A DNA stretch of 64,000 nt from Tagaea sp. (GTDB lineage: Bacteria; Pseudomonadota; Alphaproteobacteria; CACIAM-22H2): assembly GCA_965279525.1 (NCBI GenBank), contig CBDIIB010000004.1, forward strand, positions 1,056,001 to 1,120,000. The letters run 5' to 3'. Position 1 is the stretch's first letter, and each line of letters starts with the position of its first letter. A model generated the notes under the pieces. That model had not been told where the DNA came from, made no database searches, and saw only the letters and a list, made by a program, of their open reading frames with translations. Below are positions 17,832 to 29,966 of this stretch, one piece after another. A program made the position numbers and the translations under genes.

Positions 17832-18572
17832 ATGCGCCGCCTCCTGCTTTCTCTGGCGGTCGCCGCCGCCCTCCTTGCTCCGGCCACGGCGCGCGCGCAG
17901 GGCCCCTTCTCGCCCGCCGAGCGCGACGAGATCCGACGTCTGATGATCGACGTGCTGCGCGAGCGGCCCGAGCTTGTCCTCGAAGCGCTTGAGGCGATCG
18001 AGGCCAAGCGCGAGGCGCAGGCGCGCGCGCGTTCCGGCGAGTCCGTGCGCGAGCGCAAGGCCGAGCTATACGACGACGCCGCGGCACCCGTTGCCGGCAA
18101 CCCGCGCGGCAATTTCGCGATCGTCGAGTTCTTCGACTATCGCTGTCCCTACTGCAAGCAGATGCACGCTCCCATGAAGGCACTGCTGGCGGGCGACCGC
18201 GAACTTCGCGTCATCCGCAAGGACCTGCCGATCCTCGGTCCCGCCTCGATCGTCGCATCGCACGCGGCACTCGCGGCCCGCGCACAGGACAAGTACCCCG
18301 CCTTCCACGACGCGCTGATGGAGTTCCGCGGCCAGCTCGACGAGGCGGCCATCTTCCGCATCGCGGCCGACCTGAAGCTCGACGTCGCCCGGCTGCGCCG
18401 CGACATGGAATCGCCGGCGGTCGTCTCGCTCCTGCAGCGCAACGTGGCGCTGGCGCAGGCGCTCGGCATCACCGGCACGCCGGCCCTGGTGATCGGCGAA
18501 GCGCTCGTTCCCGGCGCCATCGACGTCGAGACGATGAAGAAGCTCGTCGCCGAGGCGCGCGCGAAACGCTAG
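17832..18572 (+). CDS. DsbA family thiol:disulfide oxidoreductase (ScsC-like)
   Basis: Signal peptide, EFFDYRCPYCK and GITGTP. Confidence 0.9.
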   Translation: MRRLLLSLAVAAALLAPATARAQGPFSPAERDEIRRLMIDVLRERPELVLEALEAIEAKREAQARARSGESVRERKAELYDDAAAPVAGNPRGNFAIVEFFDYRCPYCKQMHAPMKALLAGDRELRVIRKDLPILGPASIVASHAALAARAQDKYPAFHDALMEFRGQLDEAAIFRIAADLKLDVARLRRDMESPAVVSLLQRNVALAQALGITGTPALVIGEALVPGAIDVETMKKLVAEARAKR

Positions 18573-19219
18573 GGGGCCGGATCGAAGTCGGGCTGGTTCT
18601 CGGGCAGTGCCTTCGCGAAGGCCGGATGCTCGAGGCAGTTCGCGAAGATCTTCATCAGGCGCGGATAGACGGTCAGTTCCTCGTCCTTGTAGAAGCGCTT
18701 GGCGTTGAACACCTGCGGCACCAGGCAGATATCGGCAAGCGTGGGTGCATCGCCGTGGCAGTACCGCCCTGCCTTGCCGTCGGCCAGCATCTTCTCCAGC
18801 GCTTCGAAGCCGACCGCGATCCAGTGGCGGTACCAGGCGTCGTGCGCCGCCTTCTCGATCTTCAGGACTTTGAGCAGATACATGAGGACGCGCAGATTGT
18901 TGATCGGGTGGATGTCGCAGGCGATCGCATAGGCGATCGCGCGCACGCGCGCACGTCCGACCGGATCGGCCGGCAGGAACGGTGCACCCGCTTGCGTCTC
19001 ATCGAGATATTCGCAGATCGCAAGCGATTGCGTGATCGTCGCGGTCCCGTCCTCGAGCGTCGGCACGAGACCCAGCGGGTTCTTCGCGAGATAGTCGGGC
19101 GCGCGCTGTTCGGCCTTGCGCAGATGGACAAAGGCCTGTTCGGGCTCGAGCCCCTTCAGGGCCAGCGCAATGCGCACGCGGAATGCCGCCGACGAACGGA
19201 AATAGCCCCAGACCTTCAC
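18569..19219 (-). CDS. maiA: Maleylacetoacetate isomerase (GST zeta)
   Basis: GTG start, YFRSSAAFRVRIAL and IACDIHPINNLRVL; lies in the homogentisate cluster. Confidence 0.92.
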   Translation of the reverse strand: MKVWGYFRSSAAFRVRIALALKGLEPEQAFVHLRKAEQRAPDYLAKNPLGLVPTLEDGTATITQSLAICEYLDETQAGAPFLPADPVGRARVRAIAYAIACDIHPINNLRVLMYLLKVLKIEKAAHDAWYRHWIAVGFEALEKMLADGKAGRYCHGDAPTLADICLVPQVFNAKRFYKDEELTVYPRLMKIFANCLEHPAFAKALPENQPDFDPAP

Positions 19220-20223
19220 GGTTGCGCTCCCTTCTGCTTGACGATCTTCTGGTCGATGGCGCCGAAGATCGAGTTTCCGGCGGCATCCTTCATCTCGATG
19301 CGGATGCGGTCGCCGAACTTCATGAACGGCGTCGTCGGCTTGCCGTCGGCGATGGTCTCGATCATCCGCACCTCGGCAAGGCAGCATGAGCCCACGCCCG
19401 GATCGCGGTTGGAAACCGTGCCGGAGCCGACGATCGTGCCGGCCGTCAGCCGCCGCGTGCGTGCGGCATGCGCGATCAGCCGGCCGAAATCGAAATTCAT
19501 GTCGTGCCCGGCATTCGGCCGGCCGAACGGCTTGCCGTTCAGCTCGGCGAGCAGCGGCAGGTTGAGCTTGCCGCCATCCCATGCGCCGTCGAGCTCGTCG
19601 AGCGTGACCGCCACCGGCGAGAAGGACGACGAGGGTTTCGACTGGAAGAAGCCGAACCCCTTGGCCAGCTCGGCCGGGATGAGGTTGCGCAAGCTGACGT
19701 CGTTGACCAGCAGCACGAGCTGGATGTGTTTGCGCGCCGCCACGGGGTCGATGCCCATCGGCACGTCGTCGGTGATGACGGCCACTTCGGCCTCGAAATC
19801 GATGCCGTGCGCCTCGTCGACCGCCTCCACGTCGTCGCACGGGCCGATCATCGCGTCCGATCCGCCCTGGTACATCAGCGGGTCGTCGTAGAATTCGGGC
19901 GGCATCTCGGCCTTGCGCGCCTTGCGCACCAGCTCGACATGGTTGAGATAGGCCGATCCGTCGATCCACTGGGCGGCACGCGGCAGGGGTGCGTGGCACG
20001 CCGTCGGGATGAACGGCAGGACGGGCGCGTCGTTGATGTTGTCCACACCCTTGTCGAGAAGCTCGGCGACGAGCGCCAGTTCGCCGGATCGGTGCTCCCA
20101 GTCGTCGAGGGCGATGCGCATCGTGGCCGCGATGCGCGGCGCCGTCACGCAGCGCTTGAGATCGCGCGAGACGACGACAAGCAGGCCGTCGCGCCCGCCT
20201 TGCTTGAGGGTCGCGAGTTTCAC
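19216..20223 (-). CDS. Fumarylacetoacetate hydrolase family protein
   Basis: KLATLKQGGRDG, DGSAYLNHV, DFEAEVAV, NDVSLRNL and GSGTVSN. Confidence 0.9.
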   Translation of the reverse strand: MKLATLKQGGRDGLLVVVSRDLKRCVTAPRIAATMRIALDDWEHRSGELALVAELLDKGVDNINDAPVLPFIPTACHAPLPRAAQWIDGSAYLNHVELVRKARKAEMPPEFYDDPLMYQGGSDAMIGPCDDVEAVDEAHGIDFEAEVAVITDDVPMGIDPVAARKHIQLVLLVNDVSLRNLIPAELAKGFGFFQSKPSSSFSPVAVTLDELDGAWDGGKLNLPLLAELNGKPFGRPNAGHDMNFDFGRLIAHAARTRRLTAGTIVGSGTVSNRDPGVGSCCLAEVRMIETIADGKPTTPFMKFGDRIRIEMKDAAGNSIFGAIDQKIVKQKGAQP

Positions 20224-20227
20224 TGCA

Positions 20228-21373
20228 CTACTCCGCCGCCTGGGGTTTGGCTTTCCACGAATCGACGTAACCGGTCCATTCCACACCGTCCTGCAAGAGG
20301 GCGACCTCGACCGCGTCGCGCGTGTCGATCATCACCGCCACCTCGTCGAGCATCTGGCCGCCCTGCGGGTTCTTCGCCGCGAGTTGGAAGGCCTTTGGAT
20401 GCGGTCCGTGCGGGAAGCCGCACGGATGCAGCGTCGCCATGCCCGGATGGATGTTGTCGCGGCTGAAGAACTTGCCGCGGTGGTAGAAGATGATCTCGTC
20501 GTAATCGTCGTTCGAGTGGAAGAACGGCACCTTGAGGGCGCCAGGATCGGTTTCCGCCGGACGCGGCGCGAACGTGCACACGACGAAGCGGCCGGCAAGG
20601 AACGTCGTGTGGGCCGACGGCGGCAGGTGGTAGCGGTGGCTCATCAGCGGGCGGAAATCGCGCCAGTTGATCTTCACCGGAGCGAGATCGCCGTGCCAGC
20701 CCACCGCATCGAGCGGGTTGTAGGGATACGTCATCGTCGAGATGCGCCCGCCGCGCTTGATCGACACGCGCGTCGGCGTCTCCGACTTCTGCGCCTCGAA
20801 AGCGGCATCGAGCTTCGGATGCACGAGGCATCCGGCGTCGAAGATCGCATGGCGGCCGACGAGCCCCTTCTCGGGCAGACGATAGGAGTCGTTCGTCGCT
20901 TCGATCAGCAGCAACGTCGTCGCTTCAGTCGGCACGAGCCGCCACATCGCCGCACGCGGCAGCAGGATGTAGTCGCCTTCCGTGTAGGTCAGATGGCCCC
21001 AGTCGCAGAACAGCGACCCCGCCCCCTCGTGGACGAACAGCAGTTCGTCGCCGTCGGCATTGCGCACGAGATCGGTCATGGTGCCCGCGACGCGCCAGTG
21101 GCGGAACTTCATCGCCACGTTGTGCATGACGGGCGTGGCATCCCACGGGCTTGCCGACAGCGCGTTCGCCTTGCGCAGGTCGAAGGCGCGGGGGCGAAGA
21201 TCGCCCTCCCAGTCGCTCCAGCCCGTCGGCGGATGCGAATGGTACATGTGCGCGGCCGGGCCGAAGAAACCCTCCTTGCCCAGTTCGCGCTCGTAGGTGC
21301 CCTCGGGCAGGTCGCAATGCGCCTGGCGCGAGGTGCGGCCCTCGGTCAGCGGAAAGCCGATCCAGTTCTTCAT
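20228..21373 (-). CDS. hmgA: Homogentisate 1,2-dioxygenase
   Basis: EGFFG, NADGDELLFVHEG, DAVGWHG, PFFHSNDDYDE and HGPHP iron-binding motifs. Confidence 0.9.
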   Translation of the reverse strand: MKNWIGFPLTEGRTSRQAHCDLPEGTYERELGKEGFFGPAAHMYHSHPPTGWSDWEGDLRPRAFDLRKANALSASPWDATPVMHNVAMKFRHWRVAGTMTDLVRNADGDELLFVHEGAGSLFCDWGHLTYTEGDYILLPRAAMWRLVPTEATTLLLIEATNDSYRLPEKGLVGRHAIFDAGCLVHPKLDAAFEAQKSETPTRVSIKRGGRISTMTYPYNPLDAVGWHGDLAPVKINWRDFRPLMSHRYHLPPSAHTTFLAGRFVVCTFAPRPAETDPGALKVPFFHSNDDYDEIIFYHRGKFFSRDNIHPGMATLHPCGFPHGPHPKAFQLAAKNPQGGQMLDEVAVMIDTRDAVEVALLQDGVEWTGYVDSWKAKPQAAE

Positions 21374-21383
21374 GGCGTCCTCC

Positions 21384-22478
<1,095 letters not shown>

Positions 22479-22530
22479 TTCGTTTCTCCCGGGCGGATGC
22501 GGCTTGACGGCCGCGCGATCCGGTTCCATT

Positions 22531-22552
22531 ATTAGTTTCATATGAAACCAAT
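22531..22552. promoter_or_regulatory. Palindromic operator between divergent hppD and the MarR regulator
   Basis: Perfect 14-bp palindrome GTTTCATATGAAAC (22535-22548). It lies in the spacer of TTGCAA-N17-TAATAA (minus strand) and just downstream of TTGACG-N17-CATTAT (plus strand). Confidence 0.7.
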
Positions 22553-23006
22553 TGCAAGCCCTGCCCCGCCGCCGCCCTTCGCGCTCGAGGCATTCGTGCC
22601 GTACCGCCTGTCGGTGCTGGCAAATACCGTGTCGGACGCGATCGCGACGCTCTATCGCGACCGGTTCGGCCTGACGATCCCGGAATGGCGCTGCCTGGCG
22701 GTCCTGTTCCGCTTCGCCCCGCTTTCGGCAAGCGAAGTGGCCGCACGCACGGCGATGGACAAGGTGCAGGTCAGCCGCGCGATCGCGTCCCTGGTCGCCA
22801 AGGGGCTTGCCCTGCAGGCAATCGACCGCGACGACCGGCGACGTTCGAAGCTGGCGCTGTCGGCCGCGGGACGGCGCATGCATGACGGGATCGTCCCGCT
22901 GGCGCGCGGCGCCGAAGCACAGCTGCTCGATGGCCTCGATGGTTCCGAACGCGCGATGCTTGACCGGCTGCTGGCCAAGCTCCAGGACCGGGCCGCGACG
23001 CTCTAG
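22542..23006 (+). CDS. MarR family transcriptional regulator
   Basis: FVPYRLSVLAN, GLTIPEWRCLAVL, MDKVQVSRA and DRRRS wing. Confidence 0.9.
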   Translation: MKPIASPAPPPPFALEAFVPYRLSVLANTVSDAIATLYRDRFGLTIPEWRCLAVLFRFAPLSASEVAARTAMDKVQVSRAIASLVAKGLALQAIDRDDRRRSKLALSAAGRRMHDGIVPLARGAEAQLLDGLDGSERAMLDRLLAKLQDRAATL

Positions 23007-24001
23007 CCCATCGTCGCGAGGATCTCGGCCGTCACCTGGTGGCGCAGCGGCCGGCCAGCGACCCACGATTCAAATTCCGCGATCGCGAGATCGGCCAGGC
23101 GCACGACCTCGTCGCCGATCGTGCCGCCGATATGCGGACTGATCACGAGATTGGGCAGCGTCCACATCGGCGAACCCGCCGGCGGCGGCTCGGGCCATGT
23201 CACGTCCACAAGCGCCGTCAGGTCGGGGCGTGCGCGGAGCACCTCGACCAGATCGGTTTCGACGACCTGCGCCCCGCGTCCGGTATTGATGAACGTCGCC
23301 CCCTCGCGCATCGCGGCGAAATGCTTCGCCGTCAATGTGCCGCGCGTCGAGGGCAGATCGGGGATGTGGTTGCACACGACCAGAGAACGCGAGAAGACCT
23401 CGTCCAGCGATACGGCCTCGATGTCGAGCGCCTTGGCACGCGCAGCCGTCAGGAACGGGTCACAGGCGATCACGCGCAGCGGATAGGGTGCTAGCACTTC
23501 GCGCAACCGTGTGCCGATCTTGCCCATCCCGATCATGCCGACCGTCTCGCCGTTGACGCCGGTCCGGTGGAACGCCTTCGCGGCGAACGTCTTTGCATCG
23601 CGATAGCCGCGCACGGCGCGGAAATAGCCGCGCAACGACAGCAGGATCTGCGCGAGACACATCTCGGCGACCGGGATCGCATTGACCTGCCAGGCACTGA
23701 CGAGGGCCACGCCGTTCGCCACCAGCGGCTCGGCAAAGGCGCGCACGTTGCCGGCCGCGTAGAACACCGCCTTCAGCTTCGGCATCGCGGCAAAGTGCCG
23801 CGCTTCGAAGCGGATCATGCCCCAGGTCGCGAAGATCACTTCGACGTCGGCAAGGCCTGCGGCGTGCGCGTCGAAGTTCCCGGCATGCACGACATGCGGA
23901 TAGACATCCGCCAGCGCTGCCACGCGCGCGCGCCGCCCTTGCCCGTACACGTCGCCGTCGGCGACCGGATAGTCGTGGAAGAATGCCGCTTTCGGCCGCA
24001 T
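23003..24001 (-). CDS. D-isomer specific 2-hydroxyacid dehydrogenase family protein
   Basis: GMIGMGKIG, FINTGRG, DVTWPEP and SPHIGG. Confidence 0.88.
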   Translation of the reverse strand: MRPKAAFFHDYPVADGDVYGQGRRARVAALADVYPHVVHAGNFDAHAAGLADVEVIFATWGMIRFEARHFAAMPKLKAVFYAAGNVRAFAEPLVANGVALVSAWQVNAIPVAEMCLAQILLSLRGYFRAVRGYRDAKTFAAKAFHRTGVNGETVGMIGMGKIGTRLREVLAPYPLRVIACDPFLTAARAKALDIEAVSLDEVFSRSLVVCNHIPDLPSTRGTLTAKHFAAMREGATFINTGRGAQVVETDLVEVLRARPDLTALVDVTWPEPPPAGSPMWTLPNLVISPHIGGTIGDEVVRLADLAIAEFESWVAGRPLRHQVTAEILATMG

Positions 24002-24037
24002 GGACGCCCCCGTTCCGCGCAAAGATAGCGCACGCGT

Positions 24038-24424
24038 CTAGCGGCGGAACAGCGGCATCGCTCCGAACACCATCTGCCCGGCAAGCCCGAGCGCCTCCGC
24101 CGGCCCGGCATATCGAGACAGATGCTCCGCCAGCGAGCGTCCGAAACCGACATTGGCCAGCAGGAATTCGACGACCATCAACACGCCGAAGGCGACAAGG
24201 CCCATCGTGCCGCGCGCGTCGAACGTGGCGCCGGCATCGCAGCGGCGGATGGCGTAGCCGCACGCGACCCACGATACGCCGAGCAAGACGGGCAGCTCGG
24301 CCAGGACCGCCGGCAGCTCGCCGATGTGCGGCGCAACGACGAGCACGCGCAGCGTGCCGAGCGCGAACCCGGCCGCGAACACGATCGCGAAATAGACGAG
24401 CCCCGCGCGGACGGAATGGCTCAC
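24038..24424 (-). CDS. Small hypothetical integral membrane protein
   Basis: GTG start overlapping the DMT stop (GTGA); four hydrophobic segments. Confidence 0.7.
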   Translation of the reverse strand: MSHSVRAGLVYFAIVFAAGFALGTLRVLVVAPHIGELPAVLAELPVLLGVSWVACGYAIRRCDAGATFDARGTMGLVAFGVLMVVEFLLANVGFGRSLAEHLSRYAGPAEALGLAGQMVFGAMPLFRR

Positions 24425-25308
24425 GCCGGCTTGTCCGCGCGCGCCCGGTTGGCGAGCACGATCCCGGCGATCACGCACGCAAGCCCGGCCATCAGGCGTG
24501 CCGTCACCGGCTCGGCCAGGAACAGTGCGCCGAGGATCGCCGCCGAGATCGGATTGAGCGACACGGTCAGCGCCACTGCCGAAGCAGGTGCCCGTTCGAG
24601 CGCCCAGAACCACAGCAGGTACGACGGCAGGCCGGCCACGAATAGCAGCCAGAAGACGCCCAGCCACTCGAACCCGGAAAACGAGACGAGGCCGCTGGCA
24701 TCGCCGCGCACCGCAAGGACCAAGCCCAGCACCACGGTCCCGGCCATCACCTGTACCGCAAGCACGGGAACCGCCGCATGACGGCGCAGCGCCACCGACG
24801 AAAGCACCGCATGCGAAGCACCCAGAAATGCCGCAAGCGCCATATAGAGATCACCGCGCCACGCCTCGGGCCCTGCGACGGCCTTGTCGCCAAGCGCGAT
24901 GACCACGCCGGCAAGTGCGAACGCCGCCCCTAGCGCCTTGGGCCAGGTCAGAAGCTCGCGCCCGAACAAGGCCGCGATGACCAGCGTCAGGATCGGCATC
25001 GTCGCGAGCACGACGGCCCCGCGCGCGGCCGGCACATAGGCAAGCCCTGCCGAGAAAAGCCATCCGAAGGCGCCGAACATCATCACGCCGAGTGCCGACA
25101 TCTGCACGAGCTCGCGGGGTGCGAAACGCACCGCGCGCACGCCGAACACGAAGGCCGCGAGGACGATTGCCGCACCGGCGCTGCGCAGGAAGGCGACCGA
25201 CGTCGCGTCGGACACGCCCACGAGCATGCGCGTGAAGACCACCGCCGTACCGCCGAGAATGCTCGCCGTCGCCGCCGCAAGGACCGGAAGTGGGATGATC
25301 GCGCGCAT
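24421..25308 (-). CDS. DMT/EamA family transporter
   Basis: About ten hydrophobic segments in two EamA repeats (FLR; LNPISAAILGALFLAEP). Confidence 0.88.
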   Translation of the reverse strand: MRAIIPLPVLAAATASILGGTAVVFTRMLVGVSDATSVAFLRSAGAAIVLAAFVFGVRAVRFAPRELVQMSALGVMMFGAFGWLFSAGLAYVPAARGAVVLATMPILTLVIAALFGRELLTWPKALGAAFALAGVVIALGDKAVAGPEAWRGDLYMALAAFLGASHAVLSSVALRRHAAVPVLAVQVMAGTVVLGLVLAVRGDASGLVSFSGFEWLGVFWLLFVAGLPSYLLWFWALERAPASAVALTVSLNPISAAILGALFLAEPVTARLMAGLACVIAGIVLANRARADKPA

Positions 25309-25512
25309 TGTCGCGCTCGAGTTTGGCCCGTGGGCCCGCCGATACGCCAGATCGTCGCGCGCACTGCACCCATGCGTCGGACCCGAATCGCGGCCGGCGA
25401 CGGGCCCGGTCGCGCATGCTTCCTTCGGACGCCAGCAGCGCGTGCACCGGATCGGCGGATTCCCGAACATCTGAAAGCGTTTAGGGGGCATTGGCAGGGG
25501 CGGTCGGACGCG

Positions 25513-25540
25513 TTGCATGGGCGCTCGTCCGTGCTATAAC
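25513..25540 (+). promoter_or_regulatory. Putative sigma70 promoter of aroQ-accBC
   Basis: TTGCAT-N16-TATAAC with an extended TG, 35 nt upstream of the aroQ start. Confidence 0.55.
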
Positions 25541-25575
25541 GGCGCCGCGCCGCCCGGCCCTGCACGGAGAGTTCC

Positions 25576-26031
25576 TTGGACGCGAAGCCCATCCTTCTGG
25601 TCCTCAACGGCCCCAATCTGAACATGCTCGGCGTGCGCCAGCCCGAGATCTACGGCCGCACGACCCTGGCGGACATCGAGGCCGAGTGCCGCGCACTTGC
25701 CGAGGATCTCGGCTTCGCGCTCGAATTCCGCCAGTCGAACCACGAAGGCCAGCTCATCGACTGGATCCAGGAAGCGCGCCTGACGGCCGAGGGCATCGTC
25801 ATCAATCCGGGCGGCCTCACGCATGTGTCGGTGGCACTGCGCGACGCCCTTCTCGCCAGCGACCTGCCGGTCATCGAAGTGCACATCTCGAACATCCATG
25901 CGCGCGAGCCGTTCCGCCACCATTCCTACGTCAGCGGCATCGCCAAGGGCGTGATCGCCGGTCTCGGGCCGCAGGGCTACCTGTTCGGCCTCGAAGCGCT
26001 GGCGCGGATCGTCGATCCCGACCTCGAATGA
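25576..26031 (+). CDS. aroQ: Type II 3-dehydroquinate dehydratase
   Basis: [23 protein letters not shown] and [15 protein letters not shown]. Confidence 0.95.
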   Translation: MDAKPILLVLNGPNLNMLGVRQPEIYGRTTLADIEAECRALAEDLGFALEFRQSNHEGQLIDWIQEARLTAEGIVINPGGLTHVSVALRDALLASDLPVIEVHISNIHAREPFRHHSYVSGIAKGVIAGLGPQGYLFGLEALARIVDPDLE

Positions 26032-26513
26032 AACCCTCCAAGCCCGACCGAGCCATGCCCGCAAACAGCAACAAAGCCGAATTCGGACCCTCCGCCACGA
26101 CCGTGCGCCGTCTCGCCAAGCTCATGGAAGAGACCGGCCTTACCGAGATCGAGTACCAGGAGGGCGCCAAGCGCCTGAAGCTCGGCCGCGGCACCGTCGC
26201 GGCAGCCGCACCCGCCGCCGCTGCAACCGTCGCAGCCAGGCCTGCGGCCGCACCGGCGGCGCCGAGCGACGGCCCGCCGGCCGGTGCCGTCACCTCGCCG
26301 ATGGTCGGCACGTGCTATCTCGGCGCCGAGCCGGGTGCGCCTGCCTTCGTCAAGGTCGGCGACAAGGTGCGCGAAGGCCAGACGCTGGTCATCGTCGAGG
26401 CGATGAAGGTGATGAACCCGATCCGCAGCCCGCGCGGCGGTACCGTCGTCAGCATCGCCGTCGAGAACGGCGCGCCGGTCGAATACGGCGAAGTCCTGCT
26501 GGTTCTCGAGTAA
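26028..26513 (+). CDS. accB: Acetyl-CoA carboxylase biotin carboxyl carrier protein
   Basis: SPMVGT and the EAMKVMN biotinylation site. Start is 26028 or 26055. Confidence 0.93.
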   Translation: MKPSKPDRAMPANSNKAEFGPSATTVRRLAKLMEETGLTEIEYQEGAKRLKLGRGTVAAAAPAAAATVAARPAAAPAAPSDGPPAGAVTSPMVGTCYLGAEPGAPAFVKVGDKVREGQTLVIVEAMKVMNPIRSPRGGTVVSIAVENGAPVEYGEVLLVLE

Positions 26514-26515
26514 CC

Positions 26516-27855
<1,340 letters not shown>

Positions 27856-27859
<4 letters not shown>

Positions 27860-28539
27860 GCGACCCGGCGGACGACGACGCGAAAGTGCGTACGGTCGCC
27901 GCCGAGATCGCCGCCACGCGCCGCGAGGCGGTCAAGGCGCTGCTGCGCGAAGGCAATCTCGCCCAGCCCGTGCTGATCTGGGATCCGCCGGCCGAAACGC
28001 TGCCCAGCGAGCAGCTTCCCCATCTGCGCCGCCACTGGGACGCGCTGCGCGCCGGCCACGACGTCCCGGCTTCCGACGACCTGAAGCCCGAGGATCTGGG
28101 TCGTGCGATCGGCTATTCGATCCTTGCCGACATCGAGCGCGACGGGCTCGACTTTCGCTACCGGGTCTTCGGCGAGAAGGTGGCACTCGCCGGCGGCGTC
28201 GACTGGACCGGACATACCGGCGCGGAGATGTCGGCACGCACCGGCCTGCCGATCGGCACGTTCTACCGGGCGGCCAACCTCGCGGTCGTCGAGCGCCGCA
28301 AGCCGTTTTTCACGATGCACACGGCCCAGGCGCGCGAGCGCACCGTGACATGGGCACGCCTGGCGCTGCCGCTGGCCGACTTGCCGGGCGGGCGCATCGT
28401 GCGCATCCTGGTCGGTGCCGTTCCCATGGACCAGGCGCCGCTTTCCTTCGCCGACATCTTCGCGATGAACGCGCGTCTCGGAATCGATCCGCTCGGTTCG
28501 GCCGCGTTGCCGGTACGTCCGAACAAGGACGGCGGCTGA
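27856..28539 (+). CDS. Stand-alone PAS (PAS_5-like) domain protein
   Basis: [12 protein letters not shown]...[18 protein letters not shown] and RLALPLAD; ATGA overlap with accC. Confidence 0.7.
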
Positions 28540-28565
28540 GCCGGCGTTGTTGCGAGGAGACGGGC

Positions 28566-29207
28566 TTGATCACCACCCGCCTGAGCGTGCGCAATCTTGT
28601 CTGGGCCTATGCCAACGGCATCTTTCCGATGGGCCGGTCCGCGACCTCGCCGAAGATCGACTGGTTCGACCCCGATCCGCGCGGCGTGATGCCGCTGGAG
28701 GACTTCCAGATCCCGCGCTCGCTGCGCAAGACGATCCGCAAGGCGCCCTACGAGGTACGCGTCGACACCGACTTCGCCGCGACGATGGCCGGCTGCGCCG
28801 ACCGCGGATCGACATGGATCAACGACGAGATCCGCCGCGGCTATCTCGAGATGCACGAAGCGGGCATGGCCCACTCGGTCGAGTGCTGGAAGGACGGCGA
28901 GCTGGTTGGCGGCCTCTACGGCGTGCACATCAAGGCGGCGTTCTTCGGCGAGAGCATGTTCGCGCGCGCCACAGACGCGTCGAAGATAGCGCTCGTCCAT
29001 CTCGTGGCACGCCTGCGCGCGGGCGGCTTCCGCCTGCTCGATACGCAGATGGCGACCGATCACATGATGCGCTTCGGCGCCGTCGAGATCCCCCGCTCGG
29101 AATACCGCCGCCGGCTGGCGGTGGCGCTCGAAGGCGATGCGGTCTTCTACCGCGAGGCCGGCGCGGAAGTCCGCGAGGCCCTGCAGTCGATCACCCAGAC
29201 GTCGTAG
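28566..29207 (+). CDS. aat: Leucyl/phenylalanyl-tRNA--protein transferase
   Basis: TTG start after GAGGAG; AYANGIFPM, AHSVECW, GGLYGV, FFGESMF and LLDTQ. Confidence 0.93.
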   Translation: MITTRLSVRNLVWAYANGIFPMGRSATSPKIDWFDPDPRGVMPLEDFQIPRSLRKTIRKAPYEVRVDTDFAATMAGCADRGSTWINDEIRRGYLEMHEAGMAHSVECWKDGELVGGLYGVHIKAAFFGESMFARATDASKIALVHLVARLRAGGFRLLDTQMATDHMMRFGAVEIPRSEYRRRLAVALEGDAVFYREAGAEVREALQSITQTS

Positions 29208-29534
29208 ACCGGATGTTCGAGCGCCGAGACCGCCGGGCTCGACGCGAACATCCAGCCCTTGAAGACCTCGTTGACCGTCTCGGCCGTCTTGCGTTCGGAA
29301 ATCTCGATGAAGGCCGAGCTTTCCGGCGGCTCCTCGGGCGGGCGCTTGCGGCAGGCGCGCACGACGATGCTGAGCGGCCCGAACTCGACTGCCTGCCCGA
29401 CCGGTGCCTCGAGGCCGCCGCACACGGCCGGTCACCTTGTCGAGCGTCTGGAGGACGGCGACGTCCATGGCCGGCGCCTGCGCGAGGGCGACTGCGGTGC
29501 CGGCAAGAAAGACGAGGAGGGAAAGGACGCGCAT
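29147..29534 (-). CDS. DUF2155 domain secreted protein; frameshift near 29415
   Basis: Signal peptide, LDKVTGR and FKGWMFASSPAVSALEHPVYDVWVIDC. Confidence 0.82.
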
Positions 29535-29578
29535 GGCGGCGCTAGCCGTAGCGCGCCGCGTACACCACTTGCAAGCGC

Positions 29579-29864
29579 TCAGCGCGCCGCGTCGGATTCC
29601 TCGCCGTCGCGGCCGTAAACGGCCTCGAACCGGCGGGTCGCGTTGACGAAGCCCGAATGCTGCGGCACGCGCAGGCCGGGCTCGCGCAGCTGTGCGCGGA
29701 CTGCCGGGGCGGGCGTCTGGCGGTCGACTCCGGTGGCTGGTCAGGTAGATTGCCGCCGCTTGCCCGACAATCCCCACGAAGACCGCCACGCCGAGTCCGA
29801 ACATGGCCTGGCGGGTCGCCCTCAGGACCGTCTGCACCGATAGGATCTGCTGTCCGGTCTCCAT
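29579..29864 (-). CDS. Small single-pass membrane protein of about 94 aa; frameshift near 29740
   Basis: GGGAG RBS and METGQQ...FGLGVAVFVGIVGQAAAIYL. Removing one base gives ATGVDRQ...ESDAAR-stop with GC-ending codons. Confidence 0.45.
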
Positions 29865-29966
29865 ATTCCGTCTCCCGTTCGCGTCGACGGCGCCGATTTG
29901 GCACCGAGCGACGAGGGGAGAATGGCGCAAACGGATACGGGCGCGCAGTGATGCCCGTCACATGCC

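Noticed and set aside
25309-25512. Cys-rich N-terminal extension or small ORF upstream of the DMT gene (MFGNPPIRCTRCW...)
   Set aside because: No RBS and no recognisable family; more likely intergenic sequence, though not excluded.
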